Notes: generated from the sequence alone by a model not told the origin. A stretch of 64,000 nucleotides of DNA from an uncultured Planctomycetota bacterium (GCA_963719315.1 CAVRBU010000002.1:2016001-2080000), one strand, 5' to 3'; numbered from the stretch's first letter, positions 21,024 through 31,436 are shown. Numbers and translations: made by a program.

Positions 21024-22730
21024 ATGGCAGATTTGGGCAAATTTCTGGTAGGCCGCGGAATCATTGGTCCGGAGCAGTTGGCCGAGGCCGCGGCGATCGC
21101 CAAAAACAACGGCGGCAAAGTCCACGACATCCTCGTCAAGCAGGGCTACGCGACGAGCGAGCAGGTCATGCAGGCCATGGCCGACATGGAGGGCTACGAA
21201 TTCTTCGACCTCCGCGATGTGCCGATTCCGCCCTCCGTTGTGGAATTGGTGCCCGAGTCGGTCGCCCGCGAAAACGCCGTTATTCCATTGGCGGAGGAAG
21301 ACGGGGCGCTCAAGGTGTTGGTGAGCGATCCGTTCGATTATGAAACTTTCGAGAAGCTGCAGTTCATTCTCAATCGCAAGGTGAACATCGCGCTTGCCAC
21401 GCGCGAAAGCATCCTGGAAGCCATTAACCGCAATTATGGCCAAATGGGTGACGAAAGCGCCGACTCGATGCTGCAAGAGTTCACGGATACCGCGATTGAT
21501 TTTACGGAAACTGATGATGATGGCAGCGGCGAGGGGGGCGGCGACGATGTCGATGAAACGAGCGCGCCGATCGTGCGGTTGGTGCAGCTCATGATCGGCG
21601 AAGCGGTGCAACTGCGGGCGTCGGATATCCACATCGAGCCATTCGACGATCGAGTGCGGATTCGCTACCGGATCGACGGTGTGCTGGTCGAACGGGATAG
21701 CCCGCCGCGGCGGTTGCTGGGCGCATTAATCTCCCGCGTCAAAATTCTGGCCAAGATGGATATTGCCGAGCGACGCCGATGCCAGGACGGCCGGATCAAG
21801 ATCACGGCCGGGGGCAAGGAGCTCGATCTGCGGGTAAGCATGATGCCGACAAGCCACGGCCAGACGTGCGTGATGCGGCTTTTGGACAAGGAAAACATCA
21901 AAGTCGGCGTGCGACAACTTGGCCTCTCCGAAAGAGACTTCAAGAAGTTCAAGGGCCTGATCAAACGGCCGAACGGAATCGTGCTCGTAACGGGGCCTAC
22001 GGGCTCGGGAAAGACGACCACCCTTTACGCCGCCCTGAACGACCTAAATCGCCCAGATCGCAAGATCATTACCGCTGAGGACCCGGTCGAATACTACCTG
22101 CCGGGCATCAACCAGGTGGAGGTGAAGCATAGCATTGGCCTCAATTTTGCGCTCATTATCCGAGCAATGCTGCGCCAGGCGCCGAACATCATTCTGGTCG
22201 GTGAGATGCGTGATTACGAGACAGCATCGATGGGAATTCAGGCTTCTTTAACTGGACACCTGGTTTTCAGTACGCTACATACGAACGATGTGCCCGGTGC
22301 TATTACACGTATGGTGGACATGGGAGTGCCTGCATATCTGGTTGCAGGCAGCGTTATTGGCATCCTTGCTCAGCGCTTGGTGCGGGTGGTTTGCTCGAAA
22401 TGTAAGCAGCCCTATACCCCCCGTGAGCAGGAACTGCTGTCGGCCGGCATCACACCGGAGCAAGCAGCGTCGGCGAGCTTTATGAAGGGACGCGGCTGCA
22501 ATCATTGTGGCCACAGCGGCTATCGGGGACGGCTGGGCATCTTTGAGCTGATGACAATGAGCTCCAAACTCCGTGAGCTCGCCTTCCAGGGCGCGAACAC
22601 TCAGGAAATCCGTCGAGAAGCCACAAAAGGCGGCATGTCAACACTTTACGACGACGGAATTCGCAAGGTTCTGGAAGGCATCACCACGATCGAAGAAGTG
22701 CACCGCGTCGCCAAGCGCGTTGAGCACTAA
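21024..22730 (+). CDS. pilB: Type IV pilus/T2SS assembly ATPase, copy 1
   Basis: ASDIHIEP, DIAERRRCQDGR, GPTGSGKTT, EDPVEY, GEMRD, LTGHLVFSTLH, CxxC..CxxC. Confidence 0.93.
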   Translation: MADLGKFLVGRGIIGPEQLAEAAAIAKNNGGKVHDILVKQGYATSEQVMQAMADMEGYEFFDLRDVPIPPSVVELVPESVARENAVIPLAEEDGALKVLVSDPFDYETFEKLQFILNRKVNIALATRESILEAINRNYGQMGDESADSMLQEFTDTAIDFTETDDDGSGEGGGDDVDETSAPIVRLVQLMIGEAVQLRASDIHIEPFDDRVRIRYRIDGVLVERDSPPRRLLGALISRVKILAKMDIAERRRCQDGRIKITAGGKELDLRVSMMPTSHGQTCVMRLLDKENIKVGVRQLGLSERDFKKFKGLIKRPNGIVLVTGPTGSGKTTTLYAALNDLNRPDRKIITAEDPVEYYLPGINQVEVKHSIGLNFALIIRAMLRQAPNIILVGEMRDYETASMGIQASLTGHLVFSTLHTNDVPGAITRMVDMGVPAYLVAGSVIGILAQRLVRVVCSKCKQPYTPREQELLSAGITPEQAASASFMKGRGCNHCGHSGYRGRLGIFELMTMSSKLRELAFQGANTQEIRREATKGGMSTLYDDGIRKVLEGITTIEEVHRVAKRVEH

Positions 22731-23193
22731 CAGCTCGGCGCGGGTTTATCGGCGGCAATTATCATGGAATGAGTGGGTGCTGCCCGGGCTTGGCGGCAGT
22801 TCCCGTTTGCGTAGTGCGCCCGGAAATTATCGGGGATTTCTTGAGTTTGTAGTTCGGCGGGCGAATAATTCATTGTTCGCCGCGGAATTTATGTGAACGG
22901 ACGGTCTGTCGGAGTTGGGCGGCTGGCCTTTTCTATTTGCCATCGGCTCAAAGGCAGGTGAATGCGGCGATCAGGGTGTTCGCGACGCCATGCCTGGCTA
23001 GGGGCCCGGGTGTTGGCTGGCGGAGCACCAGATGAGAGAGGCATTCCTTGGCGAGAGCCCGGCAAGCGGGCCGGCTGACGTGCGCCGACGTTCGGCAAAC
23101 GCCGTTTTCCGACGGCAACGCGTCGTTCGCATCCGGTCATTGCACTAATTAGATTACGTTTTTGTCCGCGGGCTCGAATCAGGGGAATGAAGT

Positions 23194-24309
23194 ATGGGAA
23201 CGATTCTCATCGACAAATTGCTCTCGGCGTGCGTGAAGCAGGGAGCGAGCGATTTGCATATCACGGTCGGGCAACCACCCGTGCTGCGTCTGCATGGGCG
23301 GATGACGAAGCTCAAGACGAAAGTCTTGGAGCCGGCCGACACGCAGGCGCTCATGAAAAGCATCACGCCCGACCGCTGCCAGCAAGAGTTTCAGGAAACG
23401 GGCAGTTGCGACTTCGGGTTTTCGTTCGGCGACGCCTGCCGGTTCCGCGTCTCGGTGTTTCGCCAGCGGGGCAGCGTCGCAATGGTGTTGCGGCAAATCC
23501 CCGTGAAGATGTGGTCGATGGACGAGCTCGGCGTGCCACAGGTCTTCAAGGCGCTCATCGCCCGGCCCCGCGGGCTGATTATCGTCACGGGGCCGACCGG
23601 TTCCGGCAAGACGACGTCGCTGGCCGCGATGGTCGATTATCTGAACGACAACTACGACCACCACATCATTACGATCGAAGACCCGATCGAGTTTCAGCAT
23701 CAGCACAAGAAATCGACGATCAATCAGCGCGAGGTGGGCGTCGACGTAACCTCGTTCAAGGAAGCCCTGCGGCGGGCCTTGCGACAGGATCCGGATGTGA
23801 TCCTGGTCGGCGAAATGCGCGACTTGGAGACGATCGAAGCGGCCATCACGGCGGCCGAAACGGGCCATATCGTGTTCGCCACGCTGCACACCTCGAGCGC
23901 GGCCGGCACGATCAATCGCATCATCGACGTGTTCCCGACGAATCAACAGGAACAGATTCGGACGCAGTTGGCGTCGGCCATCATCGGCATCTTGTGCCAG
24001 CAACTGCTCAAGAAAGTCGGCGGCGGGCGCGTGGCGGCGTTCGAAACGCTGGTCGTCACGCCCGGTATCGGAAACCTGATTCGCGAGAACAAGATTTTCC
24101 GCATCACGTCCTCGATTCAAACCGGTGCGCGACACGGCATGATGCTGCTCGACGACCACATTTTCAGTTTGTGGCAGCAAGGATTGATTACGAAAGAAGA
24201 CGGCCTGGGAAAGTGCAACGTGCCGGAAGAGCTGGAGCGGCGGTTCGCCGCGGCAGAACGCGGCATCTTCGACGACCAACCGGGCGAAAACGACGAAAAC
24301 GCCGCGTAA
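23194..24309 (+). CDS. pilT: Type IV pilus retraction ATPase
   Basis: ASDLHI, GPTGSGKTT, EDPIEF, NQREVG, LRQDPDVILVGEMRD, TGHIVFATLH, GNLIRENK (AIRNLIRE-like). Confidence 0.95.
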   Translation: MGTILIDKLLSACVKQGASDLHITVGQPPVLRLHGRMTKLKTKVLEPADTQALMKSITPDRCQQEFQETGSCDFGFSFGDACRFRVSVFRQRGSVAMVLRQIPVKMWSMDELGVPQVFKALIARPRGLIIVTGPTGSGKTTSLAAMVDYLNDNYDHHIITIEDPIEFQHQHKKSTINQREVGVDVTSFKEALRRALRQDPDVILVGEMRDLETIEAAITAAETGHIVFATLHTSSAAGTINRIIDVFPTNQQEQIRTQLASAIIGILCQQLLKKVGGGRVAAFETLVVTPGIGNLIRENKIFRITSSIQTGARHGMMLLDDHIFSLWQQGLITKEDGLGKCNVPEELERRFAAAERGIFDDQPGENDENAA

Positions 24310-24393
24310 GAAGCGGAAATTGCAAAATGCAAATTGCTAATTGTGAAAGCATTCCTACTCTCAACCCCGAACCCTAAACCCTGAACCCTCCTC

Positions 24394-26112
24394 ATGGCAC
24401 ATCGTCGCATCGGACAAGTCCTGGTCGATATGGGGTTCATCACCGATGAGCAGCAAGAGCTGTTGGTCGATGAGCAGCACGAGCATCCGGGCCAATTGCT
24501 GGGCAAAGTGGCCATCGACATGGGCCTCATCAACGAGGAGCAATTGGCCCAATCGCTGGCCGAGCAGTTGTCGCTCAGCACGACTTCGGCCGCCGAAATC
24601 ACGATCAAGAAAGACGTGTTGGCGATGGTCACGGCGCCGATGGCGCAGATGTATCGAATCATCCCCGTCGAGTTCGACGGCGACACGCTGACGGTCGCCA
24701 TGTGCGACCCGCAGAACCTGAGCGTGCAGGACGAGCTGCGAACGTTCCTGGGCTTCAATATTCGCGTGGTCGTGACGACCGAGTCGTCGATGACCGCGGC
24801 CCTGGAGCGGTATTACGGCGAGAGCACCGACAGCGTGGAGAGCATTGTCTCGGCGCTGGAGGACGATAAGGAGCTGGCCGCTGCGGCCGCCGGCATCAGC
24901 GCCGAGGGGCCGATCAACCTGGATGACGTAACGGCCCTGGCCGATAGCGCGCCGGTGCGGAAGCTGCTGAACATGGTGCTGCTGATGGCGATTCGGGAGC
25001 ACGCCAGCGACTTGCACTTCGAGCCGTTCGAGGACGAATTCAAGATTCGGATCAAGGCCGACGGCGTGCTCTACGAAATGGTGCCGCCGCCGCGGCATCT
25101 GGCATTCGCGATTACGACCCGCATCAAAGTGATGGCGAACCTCGATATCGCCGAGCGGCGGCTGCCGCAGGACGGCCGGATCGAGCTCACGGTCGGCGGC
25201 CACCCGGTCGATTTGCGCGTCAGCGTGCTGCCCACGATGTTCGGCGAGAGCGTGGTCATGCGGGTGCTCGATCGCTCGGTGACATCGCTCGATCTGAGTT
25301 CGGTCGGCATGGACGCAGCCACGCTCAAACAATTCCGCGAAGCCATCGAGAAGCCGAACGGCATCGTGCTGGTGACGGGCCCCACGGGCTCCGGCAAAAC
25401 GACCACGCTGTATTCCGCGCTCAACGAGCTCAACAGCATCGAAGACAAATTGATCACGACCGAGGACCCGGTCGAATACGACATGGACGGCATCATCCAG
25501 GTGCCGATCGACGCGGACATCGGCAATACGTTCGCGCACATTCTGCGATCCATTTTGCGGCAGGACCCGGACAAAATTCTGGTGGGCGAGATTCGCGACC
25601 TGGAAACGGCCGAGATCGCCGTGCAGGCCTCGCTCACGGGCCACCTCGTATTCAGCACGCTCCACACGAACGACGCGCCGAGCACGATCACGCGGATGAA
25701 AGACATGGGCGTGCCGACGTTTTTGATCACGGCCACGGTCGAGGCGATCCTGGCCCAGCGGCTCGTACGGAAGGTTTGCCAACAATGCCGCGAGGAATAC
25801 ACGCCCCCGCGGGAAGTGCTCGAAGACTTGGAATTGACGAGCGAGCAGGTGCGCGGCAAGCGGTTTTATCGCGGTGCCGGCTGCGAAGTTTGCAACAACA
25901 CCGGCTACAAGGGCCGCGTCGGGCTGTTCGAATTGATGATCATGAACAACGAACTGCGCGACAAGATCATGGCCAACGCCCAAGCCGATGAGCTGCGGAC
26001 GCTGGCGATCAAGCACGGGATGGTGTCGCTGCGGACGGCCGGGATCAAGTGTTGCTTCGACGGCGTCACGACGCCGGACGAAGTGGTGCGGGAAACAATT
26101 TTGGAGGCGTAA
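24394..26112 (+). CDS. pilB: Type IV pilus/T2SS assembly ATPase, copy 2, with MshEN-like N-terminus
   Basis: RRIGQVLVDMG tandem motif, DIAERRLPQDGR, Walker A, LRQDPD, Cys tetrad. Confidence 0.93.
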   Translation: MAHRRIGQVLVDMGFITDEQQELLVDEQHEHPGQLLGKVAIDMGLINEEQLAQSLAEQLSLSTTSAAEITIKKDVLAMVTAPMAQMYRIIPVEFDGDTLTVAMCDPQNLSVQDELRTFLGFNIRVVVTTESSMTAALERYYGESTDSVESIVSALEDDKELAAAAAGISAEGPINLDDVTALADSAPVRKLLNMVLLMAIREHASDLHFEPFEDEFKIRIKADGVLYEMVPPPRHLAFAITTRIKVMANLDIAERRLPQDGRIELTVGGHPVDLRVSVLPTMFGESVVMRVLDRSVTSLDLSSVGMDAATLKQFREAIEKPNGIVLVTGPTGSGKTTTLYSALNELNSIEDKLITTEDPVEYDMDGIIQVPIDADIGNTFAHILRSILRQDPDKILVGEIRDLETAEIAVQASLTGHLVFSTLHTNDAPSTITRMKDMGVPTFLITATVEAILAQRLVRKVCQQCREEYTPPREVLEDLELTSEQVRGKRFYRGAGCEVCNNTGYKGRVGLFELMIMNNELRDKIMANAQADELRTLAIKHGMVSLRTAGIKCCFDGVTTPDEVVRETILEA

Positions 26113-26235
26113 GACTGAGCACGGAGATTGGAAGGGTTTAGCGCCGGCGGCCACGCCGGATTTCCGTAACGCATTCGGCCTCGCGGTCGACGCAAAACCC
26201 CTCGTCACGACAAGGCACTCAGCAGGATCACAACC

Positions 26236-27564
26236 ATGCCAACATTTCAATTCGAGGCGATGGACGCGACGGGCGCCGAGATCAAAGACGTGATCGAGGC
26301 CCCGACGGAGGAAGAAGCCCAAGCGACGATTCGCCAGATGGGCTACTTCGTCACGAAGATCACGGCCAAGAAAAGCCGCAAGAAGGCGGGAGCGGCCGGC
26401 GCCAAGAAGAAGCGCGGGTTCGTGTTCGGCGGCGTTCGCTCGCGCGATCTGACGACCTTCACCCGGCAGCTTTCGATTCTGCAGGACGCCGGCCTGCCGA
26501 TTCTCCGCAGCCTGCGGATTCTGGCCGGGCAGTGCAAGGCGGGCCGGCTCAAGTACTCGCTGGAAGACACGTGCGAGGAAATCGAGGGCGGCTCGACCCT
26601 CTCCGAAGGCATGGCCAAGAGCCCCAAGTGCTTCAACCGGCTGTACGTCAACATGATCAAAGCGGGCGAGGCGGGCGGTGCGCTGGAGCTCATTCTGCAG
26701 CGTCTCGCCGACTTCCAGGAGCGGGCCGAATCGCTCAAACGCAAAGTCAAGGGCGCGATGATCTACCCGATCGTCGTCGTCACCGTCGCGGTCTGCATCT
26801 TGACGTTCATCATGATCAAGATCGTGCCGGCCTTCCGCGATATTTTCGAGGACTTCGACCTCCCGCTGCCGGTCATGACCGAGCTGCTCGTAGGCGTTTC
26901 GAATTGGTGCGTTCACTACTGGTATTTGATCCCCGGCATCCCGATCACGATCTGGCTGACGGTGAAGCTGATCCGCAAATTCAGGCAAGGCCGGATCGGC
27001 TGGGACCAGTTCATCATCAAGGTGCCGATCTTCGGCAACCTGATCGAAAAGAACATCCTGGCCCGCACGACGCGAACGTTGGGCACGCTCGTGGCCAGCG
27101 GCGTGCCGATTCTCGAGGCGCTCAACATCACGCGCGATACGAGCGGCAACGCTACGTTCGAGAAGATGTACATGAAAGTCTCCGAGGCCATTCGCGACGG
27201 CGAGGCGATCGCCAAGCCGATGAAGGAAAATTCCGTGCCCGGTTTTCACCCGGTCGCGGCGTTCTTCTGGTTCGCGTTCATCGGCGGCCCGATCGGGCTG
27301 TTGATCTATCTCATGAAAATGAGAAAGCGGATCGTGGACGACATCGTCGTGAACATGGTCGATGTCGGCGAGGAGACGGGCGAGCTCGATACGATGCTCT
27401 ACAAGGTGGCCGACACCTACGACGAAGAAGTGGCCGTGCTGACCGAAGGCCTCACGAAGCTGATGGAGCCGCTCCTGATTTTGTTCCTGGGCGGCGCGGT
27501 CGGGTTCATCGTGATCGCGCTGTTCGTTCCGCTGGTGAGTTTGATTCAGAATCTCAGCAAGTAG
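26236..27564 (+). CDS. pilC: Type IV pilus platform protein PilC/GspF
   Basis: FTRQLSIL, AGEAGGALE, GAMIYP, VGEETGELD, LMEPLLI. Confidence 0.95.
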   Translation: MPTFQFEAMDATGAEIKDVIEAPTEEEAQATIRQMGYFVTKITAKKSRKKAGAAGAKKKRGFVFGGVRSRDLTTFTRQLSILQDAGLPILRSLRILAGQCKAGRLKYSLEDTCEEIEGGSTLSEGMAKSPKCFNRLYVNMIKAGEAGGALELILQRLADFQERAESLKRKVKGAMIYPIVVVTVAVCILTFIMIKIVPAFRDIFEDFDLPLPVMTELLVGVSNWCVHYWYLIPGIPITIWLTVKLIRKFRQGRIGWDQFIIKVPIFGNLIEKNILARTTRTLGTLVASGVPILEALNITRDTSGNATFEKMYMKVSEAIRDGEAIAKPMKENSVPGFHPVAAFFWFAFIGGPIGLLIYLMKMRKRIVDDIVVNMVDVGEETGELDTMLYKVADTYDEEVAVLTEGLTKLMEPLLILFLGGAVGFIVIALFVPLVSLIQNLSK

Positions 27565-27622
27565 TGAGTGGCGAGGAGTGAGGAGCGAGTGTAAGTCCTC
27601 CGAAATACGAAGGGAAATCATT

Positions 27623-28747
27623 ATGGATACTTTTTTTACTGCGAAACGTAGGTCGTTGCATAAATCATTCGCTCCTCGCTTCTCGCTCCTCGCCCCTCGC
27701 CGAGCGTTTACGCTCGTGGAGCTCCTCGTGGTGATCACGATCATCGGCATCCTAGCGTCGCTGATCACCGTGGCGGCGGTCGGGGCGCTGAAGGCGATGA
27801 ACCGGGCCCGGATCAAGACCGACATCAACGAAATCGCCAACGGGTTCGACGAGTACAAGAACAAAGCCACGGCCTACCCGCCGAATTGCCAGACGGATGG
27901 CGGCGGGCCGCTGCTTGAGGCTGACGTTCTTAACGACTTGCGGCGACATATTAAGCAGTTGGCGCCGCGGTCGCAGGAATCGGATAACTTGGCGCGAGTT
28001 CTTGTCGGACTTGCGGCAGACTCTAGCCTTCCTGATGCCAGTAGCTATAAGCAGTTACTCCCGGGAGGCATTTCCGCCTCCGAGGCCGTCGTGTTCTGGT
28101 TGGGCGGGTTTAGCTCCGATCCGAAATTTCCAATTTCTGGCGAGGGCGGGCCATCATACCCGATTTTGACCCTCGGTGATTCGGCGAACGCCAGCAAGGA
28201 TCCCATTGAAAGCCGCAAGTGGGTCTATCCTTTCGACGTGACTCGCTTGGGCCCCCGCGATTCAAATGGTTACTTCAACGGCCGGTTCATCGAATACACC
28301 GATCCAAAAGGTTCGTTGCGCCGCATCAATTTCTGGCAGAATACGCCGGCGAAGTCGGACCAACCCTATGTGTATTTCGATACATCGCGGCACCCAGCAG
28401 GCGTGATAAGCGGCGCCAAGTTGCTCGGCTACTACGATCCGCCGGCCGCAACGTATAACGGCGCCGGCGACCTGAACTTCGTCTATGCGTTCAAGAAAGT
28501 CAGCGAAACGCCGGTGCCTGGAACACCCGCGATCCAATACATCAACCCCGATAAGTTTCAAGTATTTCACTGCGGCATCGACAACGCCTGGGATACCGAC
28601 AGCTTTAAGAAGATGGCGCCGCGGTACAACTCGATGAACGTGGCGAGCAGCTTCCTGCTGTTCCCGTCCGGTCCGTTCGTGGGCGAAATGGCCGATACGG
28701 AAGTGAACTTCGCGGTCGAGTCGACGATCGAGGATGCACAGAAATGA
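27623..28747 (+). CDS. Large pilin-like protein (class III signal peptide)
   Basis: RRA|FTLVELLVVITIIGILASL. Confidence 0.88.
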   Translation: MDTFFTAKRRSLHKSFAPRFSLLAPRRAFTLVELLVVITIIGILASLITVAAVGALKAMNRARIKTDINEIANGFDEYKNKATAYPPNCQTDGGGPLLEADVLNDLRRHIKQLAPRSQESDNLARVLVGLAADSSLPDASSYKQLLPGGISASEAVVFWLGGFSSDPKFPISGEGGPSYPILTLGDSANASKDPIESRKWVYPFDVTRLGPRDSNGYFNGRFIEYTDPKGSLRRINFWQNTPAKSDQPYVYFDTSRHPAGVISGAKLLGYYDPPAATYNGAGDLNFVYAFKKVSETPVPGTPAIQYINPDKFQVFHCGIDNAWDTDSFKKMAPRYNSMNVASSFLLFPSGPFVGEMADTEVNFAVESTIEDAQK

Positions 28748-28795
28748 GAAGGGTTGAGAGTTGAGAGTTGAGAGTTTAGGGCGGAGGAAGAGACT

Positions 28796-29936
28796 ATGAA
28801 ACTTATGTTTGCGTCGAGCCGCAATTCCGGCCCTCGACCCTCGACCCTCGTCCCTCGACCCGCCCGCGGCATGACGCTGATCGAGCTATTGGTCGTGATC
28901 ACGATCATCGGCATCCTGGCCGCGTTGGTCCTGGGCGTGGCGGCCGTGGCCGGCGAAACGTCGCGCGAGCAGCATACGAAGCACGTCGTGGAGCGGCTCC
29001 ACACGCTGCTGATGGAGTACTACGGCACGTACAAAACGCGGCGCGTGCGATTGAACCCGACGCTCGAAAACGACATTGAGATCACTAAGTTCTCAGCTTC
29101 GAACAACGCGACCGTCCGCGGACGAGTGCTGGCGGAAGCGCGTTTGTATGCGCTTCGCGAAATGATGCTGATGGAAGTGCCGGATCGCTGGAGCGACGTG
29201 CTCCTGAACGACGTTGGCCCCGCGAGCGGCATGCCATCGAGCACGTGTCCGGGACGCCGCTGTACCTTGCCGGCCGCACCGATTTGTCGAACACCTACTT
29301 GCGCCGCTACCTGAGCCTCGTCGGCCGCACCAACGCCCTCACCGGCCTGCCGAACACGGCGGAAGAGCTCAAACGCAATCAGGGCGCCGAATGCCTCTAC
29401 ATGATCATCACTTTGGCGACGGGCGACGGCGAAGCCAGGTCGCTGTTCGGTGCGAACAATATCGGCGACTCCGACGGCGACGGTGCGCCGGAGTTCCTCG
29501 ACGGCTGGAACCACCCGATCAATTTCCTGCGGTGGGCGCCCGGCTTCGATTCGCAGATCGAACTCGATGCAAATGTCATCGACAACATGCCGATCGATGA
29601 CAGCACAGCTCGGGCCACAGATCGCCAAGGACCACGATCCTTTCGACATGTTCCGTGCGGGGACGCGAATTGCTTTCCGGCTGGTGCCGCTGATTTATTC
29701 GCCCGGCCGCGATGAGGATTCGGGTTTGTATTCCGCCCCCGACCTCGTGGTTTGGCCGCTGGCCACGAGCGTTACGGTAAACCCGTCACAGCCTTATCTT
29801 GACGCCGTTTTTGAGTCCGTATGAGCTCAGTTCGCTACAAAAAGGCTACTTGGGCACGGAGATGAGCATCATCGACCCGACGGTGTCGATAACATCCACG
29901 GACAACGTTCACAATCATTTGCTGGGGAAGAGATAG
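28796..29936 (+). CDS. Large pilin-like protein, frameshifted (~29240, ~29610, ~29820)
   Basis: ARG|MTLIELLVVITIIGILAAL; continues across frames with AECLYMII, GDSDGDGAPEFLDGW, PLIYSPGRD and DNVHNH*. Confidence 0.8.
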
Positions 29937-29937
29937 T

Positions 29938-31323
29938 ATGAGGGTCGAGGGTCTAGTGTCGAGGGTCGAGAGTCAGAAGCGAGCTGCCGCGCTGCGCTCG
30001 AACTCCGTCCCTCGACCCTCAACCCTCGCTCCTCGCCCCTCGCCCCTCGCCCCTCGCCCCTCGCCCCTCGACCCTCGACCCTCCCTCGGCATGACGTTGA
30101 TCGAGTTGCTGGTCGTCGTCGTGATCATCACGACGCTCGTGGCGGCGGCGATTCCGCTGATCTCGCCCTCGAACGACAGCCGCCGGCTCCGCGAAGCCGC
30201 GCGGGGATTGAATACGTTCATCAACGGGGCCCAATCGCGGGCGATCGGGTACCACCGGCCGTACGGCGTGGCGATCAAGAAGTTGCCGAATGAAAATGGC
30301 ATGAGCGTCGAGGCGTACTACGTCGAACAGCAGCCTCCCTACGCGGGGTTCGACGCCAACTCGCGGGCCTGCGTGGCGATTCACCCGACAGCAACGGGTC
30401 TCGTGCTGATCCGATTTCTGACGCGCGGAGGTAGTGCCGCGAACTTGCCCATGGGCTGGATCGCCGACTTGTTTCCCAGCAACACGATTCGCCCGGGCGA
30501 CGTGATCGAGATCAACGGAACGCAGTATGAGCTGCTAAACGACGCCAATTTGAGGAACATCGGGTTCGATTCCACGAACACGTACTTCGAATCGCTCAAT
30601 AACGGCCGGCCGCCGCAGATCGTGGCGCGGCCGCTGAACGATAGTGGACAGCAGATCAATCCCAGGTACGACGATCAGGGCATCGAGATCGGCACCGTGG
30701 TTCAGGCCCGGTCTCCGTATTGGACGCGACCGGCGCCGTACAAAATTTTGCGTCAACCGACGCCCGCTTCCGACCAGCCCTATCAGATGCCGGAGGGCAC
30801 GGGGATTGATCTGCGGGCATCGGGCGTGGGTCGCGATAATTACTTTTACGTGCCGGGTTTCAACGACAACAACGACGGCATCTTGATCATGTTCGCGCCG
30901 GAAGGCCGCATTTCGCGGGTTTCGTACAGCCAGCAGCCGGTTAACAACATCGACGGAACTACGGACCAGTCTCCGGCGTTCGACCAGCCGGTGGTGGATA
31001 ACGTGTACCTGCTAGTCGGCCGGCGCGACCGAACGCCGCCCGCCGTGGGGACCCCCGATCCGACGCTCATTTCGTCGACATTCACTCCGCCGAAAACCGA
31101 GGAGGAAATACAGAAATTGAAAGAGCCGATCAACTGGCTTAACGGCAGCAGCCAATGGATCGTGATCGGTGCGCAATCGGGCCGGATCGTCACGATTGAA
31201 AATGGCGTTGCTGATATAGCGGCTATCGCCGTAGGAGCCGGCAATCCAGAGGTCAAGCGTAACGAACAAATCTTCGCCGCCCGCGAATTTACGCGCGAAA
31301 TGGGACAAGTGGGGGGACGATGA
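29938..31323 (+). CDS. Large FimT/GspH-like minor pilin
   Basis: SLG|MTLIELLVVVVII; RRLREAARGLNTFINGAQSRA; IMFAPEG. Confidence 0.85.
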   Translation: MRVEGLVSRVESQKRAAALRSNSVPRPSTLAPRPSPLAPRPSPLDPRPSLGMTLIELLVVVVIITTLVAAAIPLISPSNDSRRLREAARGLNTFINGAQSRAIGYHRPYGVAIKKLPNENGMSVEAYYVEQQPPYAGFDANSRACVAIHPTATGLVLIRFLTRGGSAANLPMGWIADLFPSNTIRPGDVIEINGTQYELLNDANLRNIGFDSTNTYFESLNNGRPPQIVARPLNDSGQQINPRYDDQGIEIGTVVQARSPYWTRPAPYKILRQPTPASDQPYQMPEGTGIDLRASGVGRDNYFYVPGFNDNNDGILIMFAPEGRISRVSYSQQPVNNIDGTTDQSPAFDQPVVDNVYLLVGRRDRTPPAVGTPDPTLISSTFTPPKTEEEIQKLKEPINWLNGSSQWIVIGAQSGRIVTIENGVADIAAIAVGAGNPEVKRNEQIFAAREFTREMGQVGGR

Positions 31324-31436
31324 GCTCTTAGCTCTTAGCTGTTAGCCGTTAGTCAGGCACCCTCCGGCTAATGGCTAACAGCTAAAAGCTAACGGCTTTA
31401 GAAAACACCAGGGGCACTGGTGATCGAAAGGTTTGA

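Noticed and set aside
26160..26235. GACGCAAAA upstream of pilC resembling a c-di-GMP-I riboswitch
   Set aside because: The upstream GGCAAAC..GAAA stem and the P3 elements are missing.
24361..27870. 1169-aa minus-strand ORF and other long antisense ORFs (e.g. 13001-14551, 3644-4789, 48615-49733)
   Set aside because: Shadow ORFs of GC-rich genes on the opposite strand, with no recognisable motifs.
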